64,000 nt of DNA, taken from Malacoraja senta. Its lineage: Eukaryota. Location: NCBI GenBank assembly GCA_038087875.1, contig CM075988.1, positions 186,001 to 250,000 on the forward strand, in the 5' to 3' direction. Below the pieces are notes generated by a model that saw nothing but the letters and a program-made list of their open reading frames with translations, was not told the origin of the DNA and searched no databases. The position numbers and the translations under genes were made by a program. Position 1 is the stretch's first letter. Each line of letters opens with the position of its first letter. Shown here piece by piece: positions 24,301 through 35,091 of the stretch.

Positions 24301-27300
24301 TGTGGCCCGTGAGTGAGTGTGGCCCATGAGTGGGTGAGTGAGTGAGTGAGTGAGTGAGTGAGTGAGTGAGTGAGTGAGTGAGTGAGTGAGTGAGTGAGTG
24401 AGTGAGTGAGTGAGTGAGTGTGTGAGTGAGTGTGGCCTGTGAATGAGTGAGTGATTGAGTGTGGCCCGTGAGTGAGTGTGAGTGAGTGTGGCCCGTGACT
24501 GAGTGTGTTTGGCCCGTGAGTGAGTGAGTGTGGCCGGTGAGTGAGTGTGGCCCGTGAGTGTGTGATTGCGTCCGGTGAGTGAGTGAGTGTGGTCGGTGAG
24601 CGAGTGAGTGAGTGTGACCGGTGAGTGAGTGTGGCCCATGAGTGAGTGTGACCCGTGAGTGAGTGTGACCCGTGAGTGAGTGAGTGAGTGAGTGAGTGAG
24701 TGAGTGAGTGAGTGAGTGAGTGTGGCTGGTGAGTGAGTGAGTGCGTGAGTGTGGCCGGTGAGTGAGTGAGTGAGTGAGTGTGGCCGGTGAGTGAGTGAGC
24801 GTGAGTGGGTGTGGCCGGTGAGTGAGTGAGTGTGGCCGGTGAGTGAGTGAGTGAGTGCATGAGTGTGGCCGGTGAGTGATTGAGTGAGTGTGGCCACTGT
24901 GGCCAGTGTGTGAGTGAGTGGTGTGGCCAGTGAGTGAGTGTGGCCGGTGAGTGTGTGTGGCCGGTGAGTGAGTGAGTGAGTGAGTGAGTGTGTGAGTGAG
25001 TGAGTGAGTGAGTGAGTGTGAGAGAGTGAGTGAGTGAGTGTGTGAGTGAGTGAGTGAGTGAGTGAGTGAGTGAGTGAGTGAGTGAGTGAATGAGTGAGTG
25101 AGTGAGTGAGTGAGTGAGCGAGTGAGTGAGTGAGTGTGGTCCGTGAATGAGTGAGTGATTGAGTGTGGCCCATGAGTGTGTGTGAGTGAGTGTGGCCCGT
25201 GAGTGAGTGTGTGTGGCCGGTGAGTGAGTGAGTGTAGCCGGTGTGTGAGTGTGGCCCGTGAGTGAGTGTGTGTGGCCCGTGCGTGAGTGAGTGTGGCCGG
25301 TGAGTGAGTGTGGCCCGTGAGTGAGTGAGTGCGGCCGGTGAGTGAGTGAGTGTGGTCGGTGAGCGAGTGAGTGAGTGTGACCGGTGAGTGAGTGTGGCCC
25401 ATGAGTGAGTGTGACCCATGAGTGAGTGTGACCCGTGAGTGAGTGAGTGAGTGAGTGAGTGAGTGAGTGAGTGAGTGAGTGAGTGAGTGAGTGAGTGAGT
25501 GAGTGAGTGAGTGAGTGAGTGAGTGAGTGAGTGAGTGAGTGATGCCGGTGTGTGAGTGAGTGAATGTGGCCGGTGCGTGAGTGAGTGAGTGTGGCCGGTG
25601 AGTGTGGCCGGTGAGTGAGTGAGTGCGGCCGGTGAGTTAGTGAGTGAGTGAGTGTGGCTGGTGAGTGAGTGAGTGTGGCCGGTGAGTGAGTGTGTGAGTT
25701 AGTGAGTGTGGCCGGTGAGTGAGTGAGTGTGGCCGGTGAGTGAGTGTGTGTGAGTGAGTGCGTGAATGAGTGAGTGAGTGAGTGAGTGAGTGAGTGAGTG
25801 AGTGAGTGAGTGAGTGAGTGAGTGAGTGAGTGAGTGATGCCGGTGTGTGAGTGAGTGAATGTGGCCGGTGCGTGAGTGAGTGAGTGTGGCCGGTGAGTGT
25901 GGCCGGTGAGTGAGTGAGTGCGGCCGGTGAGTTACTGAGTGAGTGAGTGTGGCTGGTGAGTGAGTGAGTGTGGCCGGTGATTGAGTGAGTGAGTTAGTGA
26001 GTGTGGCCGGTGAGTGAGTGAGTGTGGCCCGTGAGTGAGTGTGGCCCGTGAGTGAGTGAGTGAGTGAGTGAGTGAGTGAGTGAGTGAGTGAGTGAGTGAG
26101 TGAATGAGTGAGTGAGTGAGTGAGTCAGTGTGGCCCGTGAATGAGTGAGTGATTGAGTGTGGCCCGTGAGTGAGTGTGAGTGAGTGTGGCCCATGAGTGA
26201 GTGTGTGTGGCCCGTGAGTGAGTGAGTGTGGCCGGTGAGTGAGTGTAGCCCGTGAGTGAGTGAGTGAGTGAGTGTGGTCGGTGAGCGAGTGAGTGAGTGT
26301 GACCGGTGAGTGAGTGTGGCCCATGAGTGAGTGTGACCCGTGAGTGAGTGTGAGTGAGTGAGTGAGTGAGTGAGTGAGTGAGTGAGTGAGTGAGTGATGC
26401 CGGTGTGTGAGTGAGTGAATGTGGCCGGTGCGTGAGTGAGTGAGTTTGGCCGGTGAGTGTGGCCGGTGAGTGAGTGCGGCCGGTGAGTTACTGAGTGAGT
26501 GAGTGTGGCTGGTGAGTGAGTGAGTGTGGCCAGTGAGTGAGTGAGTGAGTTAGTGAGTGTGGCCGGTGAGTGAGTGAGTGTGGCCCGTGAGTGAGTGTGG
26601 CCCGTGAGTGAGTGAGTGAGTGAGTGAGTGAGTGAGTGAGTGAGTGAGTGAGTGAGTGAGTGCGTGAGTGAGTGAGTGAGTGTGGCCCGTGAATGAGTGT
26701 GATTGAGTGTGGCCCGTGAGTGAGTGAGTGAGTGAGTGAGTGAGTGAGTGAGTGAGTGAGTGAGTGAGTGAGTGAGTGAGTGAGTGAGTGAGTGAGTGAG
26801 TGAATGAGTGAGTGAGTGAGTCATTGTGGCCCGTGAATGAGTGAGTGATTGAGTGTGGCCCGTGAGTGAGTGTGAGTGAGTGTGGCCCATGAGTGAGTGT
26901 GTGTGGCCCGTGAGTGAGTGAGTGTGGCCGGTGAGTGACTGTAGCCCGTGAGTGAGTGAGTGAGTGAGTGTGGTCGGTGAGCGAGTGAGTGAGTGTGACC
27001 GGTGAGTGAGTGTGGCCCATGAGTGAGTGTGACCCGTGAGTGAGTGTGAGTGAGTGAGTGAGTGAGTGAGTGAGTGAGTGAGTGAGTGAGTGAGTGAGTG
27101 AGTGAGTGAGTGAGTGAGTGAGTGAGTGAGTGAGTGAGTGATGCCGGTGTGTGAGTGAGTGAATGTGGCCGGTGCGTGAGTGAGTGAGTGTGGCCGGTGA
27201 GTGTGGCCGGTGAGTGAGTGAGTGCGGCCGGTGAGTTACCGAGTGAGTGAGTGTGGCTGGTGAGTGAGTGAGTGTGGCCGGTGAGTGAGTGAGTGAGTTA

Positions 27301-30300
27301 GTGAGTGTGGCCGGTGAGTGAGTGAGTGTGGCCCGTGAGTGAGTGTGGCCCGTGAGTGAGTGAGTGAGTGAGTGAGTGAGTGAGTGAGTGAGTGAGTGAG
27401 TGAGTGAGTGAGTGAGTGAGTGAGTGAGTGAGTGAGTGCGTGAGTGAGTGAGTGAGTGTGGCCCGTGAATGAGTGTGATTGAGTGTGGCCCGTGAGTGAG
27501 TGTGAGTGAGTGTGGCCCGTGAGTGAGTGTGTGTGGCCCGTGAGTGAGTGAGTGTGGCCGGTGAGTGAGTGTGGCCCGTGAGTGAGTGAGTGCGTCTGGT
27601 GAGTGAGTGAGTGTGGTCGGTGAGCGAGTGAGTGAGTGTGACCGGTGAGTGAGTGTGGCCCATGAGTGAGTGTGACCCGTGAGTGAGTGTGACCCGTGAG
27701 TGAGTGAGTGAGTGAGTGAGTGAGTGAGTGAGTGAGTGAGTGAGTGAGTGAGTGAGTGAGTGAGTGAGTGAGTGAGTGAGTGCGTGAGTGAGTGAGTAAG
27801 TGAGTGAGTGATGCCGGTGTGTGAGTGAGTGAATGTGGCCGGTGCGTGAGTGAGTGAGTGTGGCCGGTGAGTGTGGCCGGTGAGTGAGTGAGTGTGGCCG
27901 GTGAGTTAGTGAGTGAGTGAGTGTGGCTGGTGAGTGAGTGAGTGTGGCCGGTGAGTGAGTGAGTGAGTTAGTGAGTGTGGCCGGTGAGTGAGTGAGTGTG
28001 GCCCGTGAGTGAGTGTGGCCTGTGAGTGAGTGAGTGAGTGAGTGAGTGAGTGAGTGAGTGAGTGAGTGAGTGTGAGTGAGTGAGTGAGTGAGTGTGGCCC
28101 ATGAATGAGTGAGTGATTGAGTGTGGCTTGTGAGTGAGTGTGAGTGAGTGTGGTCCCTGAGTGAGTGTGTGTGGCCCGTGAGTGAGTGAGTGTGGCCGGT
28201 GAGTGAATGTGGCCCGTGAGTGAGTGAGTGAGTTAGTGAGTGTGGCCGGTGAGTGAGTGAGTGTGGCCCGTGCGTGAGTGTGGCCCGTGAGTGAGTGAGT
28301 GAGTGAGTGAGTGAGTGAGTGAGTGAGTGAGTGAGTGAGTGAGTGAGTGAGTGAGTGTGTCCCGTGAATGAGTGAGTGAGTGAGTGTGGCCTGTGAGTGA
28401 GTGTGAGTGAGTATGGGCCGTGAGTGAGTGTGTGTGGCCCGTGAGTGAGTGAGTGTGGCCGGTGAGTGAGTGTGGCCCGTGAGTGAGTGAGTGCGGCCGG
28501 TGAGTGAGTGAGTGTGGTCGGTGAGCGAGTGAATGAGTGTGACCGGTGAGTGAGTGTGGCCCATGAGTGAGTGTGACCCGTGAGTGAGTGTGACCCGTGA
28601 GTGAGTGAGTGAGTGAGTGAGTGAGTGAGTGAGTGAGTGAGTGAGTGAGTGAGTGAGTGATACCGGTGTGTGAGTGAGTGAATGTGGCCGGTGCGTGAGT
28701 GAGTGAGTGTGGCCGGTGAGTGTGGCCGGTAAGTGAGTGAGTGCGGCCGGTGAGTTCCTGAGTGAGTGGGTGTGGCTGGTGAGTGAGTGAGTGTGGCCGG
28801 TGAGTGAGTGAGTGAGTTAGTGAGTGTTGCCGGTGAGTGAGTGAGTGTGGCCCGTGAGTGAGTGTGGCCCGTGAGTGAGTGAGTGAGTGAGTGAGTGAGT
28901 GAGTGAGTGAGCGAGTGAGTGAGTGAGTGAGTGAGTGAGTGAGTGAGTGAGTGAGTGAGTGTGGCCCGTGAATGAGTGAGTGAATGAGTGTGGCCTGTGC
29001 GTGAGTGTGAGTGAGTGTGGCCCGTGAGTGAGTGTGTTTGGCCCGTGAGTTAGTGAGTGTGGCCGGTGAGTGAGTGTGGCCCATGAGTGAGTGATTGCGT
29101 CCGGTGAGTGAGTGAGTGTGGTTGGTGAGCGAGTGAGTGAGTGTGACCGGTGAGTGAGTGTGGCCCATGAGTGAGTGTGACCCGTGAGTGAGTGTGACCC
29201 TTGAGTGAGTGAGTGAGTGAGTGAGTGAGTGAGTAAGTGAGTGAGTGAGTGAGTGAGTGAGTGAGTGATGCCGGTGTGTGAGGGAGTGAATGTGGCCGGT
29301 GCGTGAGTGAGTGAGTGTGGCCGGTGAGTGTGGCCGGTGAGTGAGTGAGTGCGGCCGGTGAGTTAGTGAGTGAGTGAGTGTGGCTGGTGAGTGAGTGAGT
29401 GTGGCCGGTGAGTGAGTGAGTGAGTTAGTGAGTGTGGCCGGTGAGTGAGTGAGTGTGGCCGGTGAGTGAGTGTGTGAGTGAGTGTGTGAGTGAGTGAGTG
29501 AGTGAGTGAGTGAGTGAGTGAGTGAGTGAGTGAGTGAGTGAGTGAGTGAGTGAGTGAGTGAGTGAGTGAGTGAGTGTGGCTGGTGAGTGAGTGAGTGCGT
29601 GAGTGTGGCCGGTGAGTGAGTGAGTGAGTGAGTGTGGCCGGTGAGTGAGTGAGTGTGAGTGGGTGTGGCCGGTGAGTGAGTGAGTGTGGCCGGTGAGTGA
29701 GTGAGTGAGTGAGTGCATGAGTGTGGCCGGTGAGTGATTGAGTGAGTGTGGCGACTGTGGCCAGTGTGTGAGTGAGTGAGTGTGGCCAGTGAGTGAGTGT
29801 GGCCGGTGAGTGTGTGTGGCCGGTGAGTGGGTGAGTGAGTGAGTGAGTGTGTGAGTGAGTGAGTGAGTGAGTGAGTGAGTGTGAGTGAGTGAGTGAGTGA
29901 GTGAGTGAGTGAGTGAGTGAGTGAGTGAGTGAGTGAGTGAGTGAATGAGTGAGTGAGTCAGTGAGTGAGCGAGTGAGTGAGTGAGTGAGTGTGGCCCGTG
30001 AATGAGTGAGTGATTGAGTGTGGCCCGTGAGTGAGTGTGAGTGAGTGTGGCCCGTGAGTGAGTGTGTGTGGCCCGTGAGTGAGTGAATGTAGCCGGTGTG
30101 TGAGTGTGGCCCGTGAGTGAGTGTGTGTGGCCCGTGCGTGAGTGAGTGTGGCCGGTGAGTGAGTGTGGCCCATGAGTGAGTGAGTGTGGCCGGTGAGTGA
30201 GTGAGTGTGGTCGGTGAGCGAGTGAGTGAGTGTGACCGGTGAGTGAGTGTGGCCCATGAGTGAGTGAGTGAGTGAGTGAGTGAGTGAGTGAGTGAGTGAG

Positions 30301-33300
30301 TGAGTGCGTGAGTGAGTGAGTGAGTGAGTGAGTGAGTGATGCCGGTGTGTGAGTGAGTGAATGTGGCCGGTGCGTGAGTGAGTGAGTGTGGCCGGTGAGT
30401 GTGGCCGGTGAGTGAGTGAGTGCGGCCGGTGAGTTAGTGAGTGAGTGAGTGTGGCTGGTGAGTGAGTGAGTGTGGCCGGTGAGTGAGTGAGTGAGTTAGT
30501 GAGTGTGGCCGGTGAGTGAGTGAGTGTGGCCGGTGAGTGAGTGTGTGTGAGTGAGTGAGTGAATGAGTGAGTGAGTGAGTGAGTGAGTGAGTGAGTGAGT
30601 GAGTGAGTGAGTGTGGCTGGTAAGTGAGTGAGTGCGTGAGTGTGGCCGGTGAGTGAGTGAGTGAGTGAGTGTGGCCGGTGAGTGAGTGAGTGTGAGTGGG
30701 TGTGGCCGGTGAGTGAGTGAGTGTGGCCGGTGAGTGAGTGAGTGAGTGCATGAGTGTGGCCGGTGAGTGATTGAGTGAGTGTGGCCACTGTGGCCAGTGT
30801 GTGAGTGAGTGAGTGTGGCCAGTGACTGAGTGTGGCCGGTGAGTGAGTGTGGCCGGTGAGTGAGTGAGTGAGTGAGTGCGTGTGTGAGTGAGTGAGTGAG
30901 TGAGTGAGTGAGTGTGAGTGAGTGAGTGAGTGAGTGAGTGAGTGAGTGAGTGAGTGAGTGAGTGAGTGAGTGAGTGAGTGAGTGAGTGAGTGAGTGAGTG
31001 ATGCCGGTGTGTGAGTGAGTGAATGTGGGCGGTGCGTGAGTAAGTGTGGCCGGTGAGTGTGGCCGGTGAGTGAGTGAGTGCGGCCGATGAGTTAGTGAGT
31101 GAGTGAGTGTGGCTGGTGAGTGAGTGAGTGTGGCCGGTGAGTGAGTGAGTGAGTTAGTGAGTGTGGCCGGTGAGTGAGTGAGTGTGGCCCGTGAGTGAGT
31201 GTGGCCCATGAGTGAGTGAGTGAGTGAGTGAGTGAGTGAGTGAGTGAGTGAGTGAGTGAGTGAGTGAGTGAGTGAGTGAGTGTGGCCCGTGAGTGAGTGT
31301 GAGTGAGTGTGGCCCATGAGTGAGTGTGTGTGGCCCGTGAGTGAGTGTGGCCGGTGAGTGAGTGTGGCCCGTGAGTCAGTGAGTGCATCCGGTGAGTGAG
31401 TGAGTGCGGTCGGTGAGCGAGTGAGTGAGTGTGACCAGTGAGTTAGTGTGGCCCATGAGTGAGTGTGACCCGTGAGTGAGTGTGACCCGTGAGTGAGTGA
31501 GTGAGTGAGTGAGTGAGTGAGTGAGTGAGTGAGTGAGTGAGTGAGTGATGCCGGTGTGTGAGTGAGTGAATGTGGCCGGTGCGTGAGTGACTGAGTGTGG
31601 CCGGTGAGTGAGTGAGTGAGTGTGGCCCGTGAGTGAGTGTGGCCCGTGAGTGAGTGAGTGAGTGAGTGAGTGAGTGAGTGAGTGAGTGAGTGAGTGAGTG
31701 AGTGCGTGAGTGTGGCCCGTGAATGAGTGAGTGATTGAGTGTGGCCTGTGAGTGAGTGTGAGTGAGTGTGGCCCGTGAGTGAGTGTGTGTGGCCCGTGAG
31801 TGAGTGAGTGTGGCCGGTGAGTGAGTGTGGCTCGTGAGTGAGTGAGTGTGGCTGGTGAGTGAGTGAGTGTGGCCGGTGAGCGAGTGAGTGAGTGTGACCG
31901 GTGAGTGAGTGTGGCCCATGGGTGAGTGTGACCCTGAGTGAGTGAGTGAGTGAGTGAGTGAGTGAGTGAGTGAGTGAGTGAGTGAGTGAGTGAGTGAGTG
32001 AGTGAGTGAATGAGTGAGTGAGTGAGTGAGTGAGTGAGTGTGGCCGGTGAGTGCGTGAGTGTGAGTGGGTGTGGCCGGTGAGTGAGTGAGTGAGTATGGC
32101 CGGTGAGTGAGTGAGTGCATGAGTGTGGCCGGTGAGTGATTGAGTGTGGCCACTGTGGCCAGTGTGTGAGTGAGTGGGTGTGGCCGGTGAGTGAGTGAGT
32201 GAGTGTGGCCGGTGAGTGAGTGTGGCCGGTGAGTGTGTGAGTGAGTGAGTGAGTGAGTGAGTGAGTGAGTGTGAGTGAGTGAGTGAGTGAGTGAGTGAGT
32301 GAGTGAGTGAGTGAGTGAGTGAGTGAGTGAGTGAGTGAGTGAGTGAGTGAGTGAGGCCCGTGAGTGAGTGTGAGTGTGTGAGGCCCGTGATTGAGTGTGA
32401 GTGTGTGTGGCCCGTGAGTGAGTGAGTGAGTGTGGCCGGTGAGTGAGTGTGGCCTATGAGTGAGTGAGTGAGTGAGTGAGTGAGTGAGTGAGTGAGTGAG
32501 TGAGTGAGTGAGAGTGAGTGAGTGTGGCCGGTGAGTGAGTGAGTGAGTGAGTGAGTGTGAGTGAGTGAGTGAGTGAGTGAGTGAGTGAGTGAGTGAGTGA
32601 GTGAGTGAGTGAGTGAGCGAGTGAGTGAGGCCCGTGAATGAGTGAGCGAGTGAGTGTGGCCCATGAGTGAGTGTGAGTGAGTGTGGCCCGTGAGTGAGTG
32701 CGTGTGGCCCGTGAGTGAGTGAGTGTGGCCGGTGAGTGAGTGTGGCCCGTGAGTGTGAGTGCGGCCGGTGAGTGAGTGAGTGTGGTCGGTGAGCGAGTGA
32801 GTGAGTGTAACCGGTGAGTGAGTGTGGCCCATGAGTGAGTGTGACCCGTGAGTGAGTGTGACCCGTGAGTGAGTGAGTGAGTGAGTGAGTGAGTGCGTGA
32901 GTGCGTGAGTGAGTGAGTGAGTGACTGCGGCTGGTGAGTGGGTGAGTGAGTGAGAGAGTGAGTGTGGCCGGTGAGTGATTGAGTGAGTGTCGCCAGTGTG
33001 TGAGTGAGTGTGGCCAGTGAGTGAGTGTGGCCGGTGAGTGAGTGAGTGAGTGTGGCCAGTGTTTGAGTGAATGATTGAGTGTGGCCAGTGAGTGAATGAG
33101 TAGCCGGTGAGTGAGTGAGAGAGTGAGTGAGTGAGTGAATGAGTGAGTGAGTGAGTGAGTGTGAGTGAGTGAGTGAGGGTGGCCGGTAAGTGAATGAGTG
33201 CGGCCGGTGAGTGAGTGAGTGTCGCCGGTGAGTGAGTGAGTGTGGACGGTGAGTGAGTGTGTGAGTGATTGCGGCCGGTGAGTGAGTGAGTGAGTGAGTG

Positions 33301-34519
33301 TGGCTGGTGAGTGAGTGAGTGAGTGAGTGAGTGAGTGAGTGAGTGAGTGAGTGAGTGAGTGAGTGAGTGTGGCTGGTGAGTGAGTGAGTGAGTGAGTGAA
33401 TGTGGCCCGTGAGTGAGTGTGGCCGGTGAGTGAGTGAGTGAGTGAGTGAGTGAGTGAGTGAGTGAGTGAGCGAGCGAGTGAGTGAGTGAGTGTGAGTGAG
33501 TGAGTGAGTGAGGCTGGTGAGTGAGTGAGTGAGTGAGTGAGTGTGGCCCATGAGTGAGTGTGGCCTGTGAGTGAGTGAGTGAGTGAGTGAGTGAGTGAGT
33601 GAGTGAGTGAGTGAGTGAGTGAGTGAGTGTGTGGCCCGTGAATGAGTGAGTGAGTGTGGCCCGTGAATGAGTGTGAGTGAGTGCGTGTGGCCCGTGAGTG
33701 AGTGAGTGTGGCCGGTGAGTGAGTGAGTGTGGTCGGTGAGCGAGTGAGTGAGTGTGACCGGTGAGTGATTGTGGCCCATGAGTGAGTGTGACCCATGAGT
33801 GAGTGTGACCCGTGAGTGAGTGAATGAGTGAGTGAATGAGTGAGTGAGTGTGGCCAGTGAGTGAGTGTGGCCGGTGAGTGAGTGAGTGTGGCCGGTGAGT
33901 GAGTGAGTGTGGCCGGTGAGTGAGTGAGTGAGTGTGACCGGTGTGTGAGTGAGTGAGTGTGGCCGGTGAGTGAGTGTGGCCAGTGAGTGAAAGAGTGAGT
34001 GTGGCCGATGAGTGAGTGAGTGAGTGAGTGTGGACGGTGAGTGAGTGTGGCCGGTGAGTGAGTGAGTGTGTGTGGCCGTTGAGTGAGTGAGTGAGTGAGT
34101 GTGGCCGGTGTGTGAGTGAGTGAGTGTGGCCGGTGAGTGAGTGTGGCCGGTGAGTGAGTGAGTGAGTGTGGCCGTTGAGTGAGTGAGTGAGTGTGGCCGG
34201 TGAGTGAGTGAGTGAGTGAGTGTGGCTGGTGAGTGATTGAGTGAGTGTGGCCGGTGAGTGAGTGAGTGAGTGAGTGAGTGTGGCCAGAGAGTGAGTGAGT
34301 GTGGCCGGTGAGTGTGAGTGATTGAGTGTGGTCAGTGAGTGAGTGAGTGAGTGAGTGAGTGAGTGAGTGTGGCCTGTGAGTGAGTGAGTGTGGCTGGTGA
34401 GTGAGTGAGTGAGTGAGTGAGTGAGTGAGTGAGTGTGTGAGTGAGTGAGTGAGTGAGTGAGTGAGTGAGTGAGTGAGTGAGTGAGTGAGTGAGTGAGTGA
34501 GTGAGTGAGTGTGGCCAGT
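324..34519 (+). repeat. Complex satellite: (GTGA)n backbone punctuated by GTGTGGCCGG / GTGTGGCCCG / GTGTGACCCG motifs, ~0.5-1 kb monomers
   Basis: Continuous GTGA tetramer. The marker GATGCCGGTGTGTGAGTGAGTGAATGTGGCCGGTGCGTG recurs (e.g. ~370, 859, 1605, 3388, 4675, 5762, 7396, 9681, 11835, 14000, 16734, 18277, 19800, 22828, 27140, 30338, 31547) with a conserved order of variant motifs between copies. Confidence 0.98.
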
Positions 34520-35091
34520 TGTTACGACTCCGGAAAGCATGTAATCTAGAGCCGCGTAACAAAATTCAAACACCAGGTTTAAGTTCCAAAAATAGTTTAA
34601 TTATTTAGTAACACACCAAAACTCCAACCTGATTTAAACAACCCAGACAAGGATGGGAATGGATTTACAAACAACTTAAAAGTGCTCAGGCCAGCCACGC
34701 GATGGACCGTCGAACCTGAGACTCTAAACCTGCCTAAAAGAAAGCTATCCCTGAAACAAAATACCGATAACTTCAAAGCACAGCCCAATTCAATATTTGG
34801 TACGACGTAAGGTTGAAATTACACGAAGTTCTAGGCCATGTGGCCAGGCCTTCCACAGCTCACAACAGCAGTCAGCTTACGAGGCAGGGTCGTCGGAGAG
34901 AGAGAGAGCATTCTGGGAACTCTGCTATTTATACTTCAGATGAGTCACCCGTCACCTGATGCAGCTTCGCCAATCGGGTACAGGAGCCTTTTAACCCCTT
35001 GTTGTCCCGACTCATCCACAAGGCCTGCACTCGGGAAGGAAACAGAGAAAGGTTAATTCATAACATTGACCAGGAGGGGGAGCGCCTAACA
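34520..35091 (-). mobile_element. 3' LTR (~572 bp) of Gmr1-like Gypsy-group retrotransposon
   Basis: On the minus strand it begins TGTTAGG (35091) right after a PPT-like TTTAGGTGGGGG and ends CGTAACA (34520), giving TGTTA..TAACA terminal inverted repeats. It contains TATAAA (34928-34933, minus), TGAGTCA (34941-34947), CCAAT (34970-34974) and ATTAAA (34596-34601, minus). Confidence 0.8.

Noticed and set aside
324..34519. Telomeric repeat or CRISPR-like array
   Set aside because: There are no TTAGGG runs (GTTAG is a point variant of GTGAG), no unique spacers and no cas genes, and the context is vertebrate.
56..34573. Dozens of long ORFs encoding THSL/GHTHS repeats (up to 1704 aa)
   Set aside because: (CACT)n has no stop codon in any frame, so overlapping ORFs arise automatically. 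GTGA-count changes shift frames freely, showing no coding constraint.
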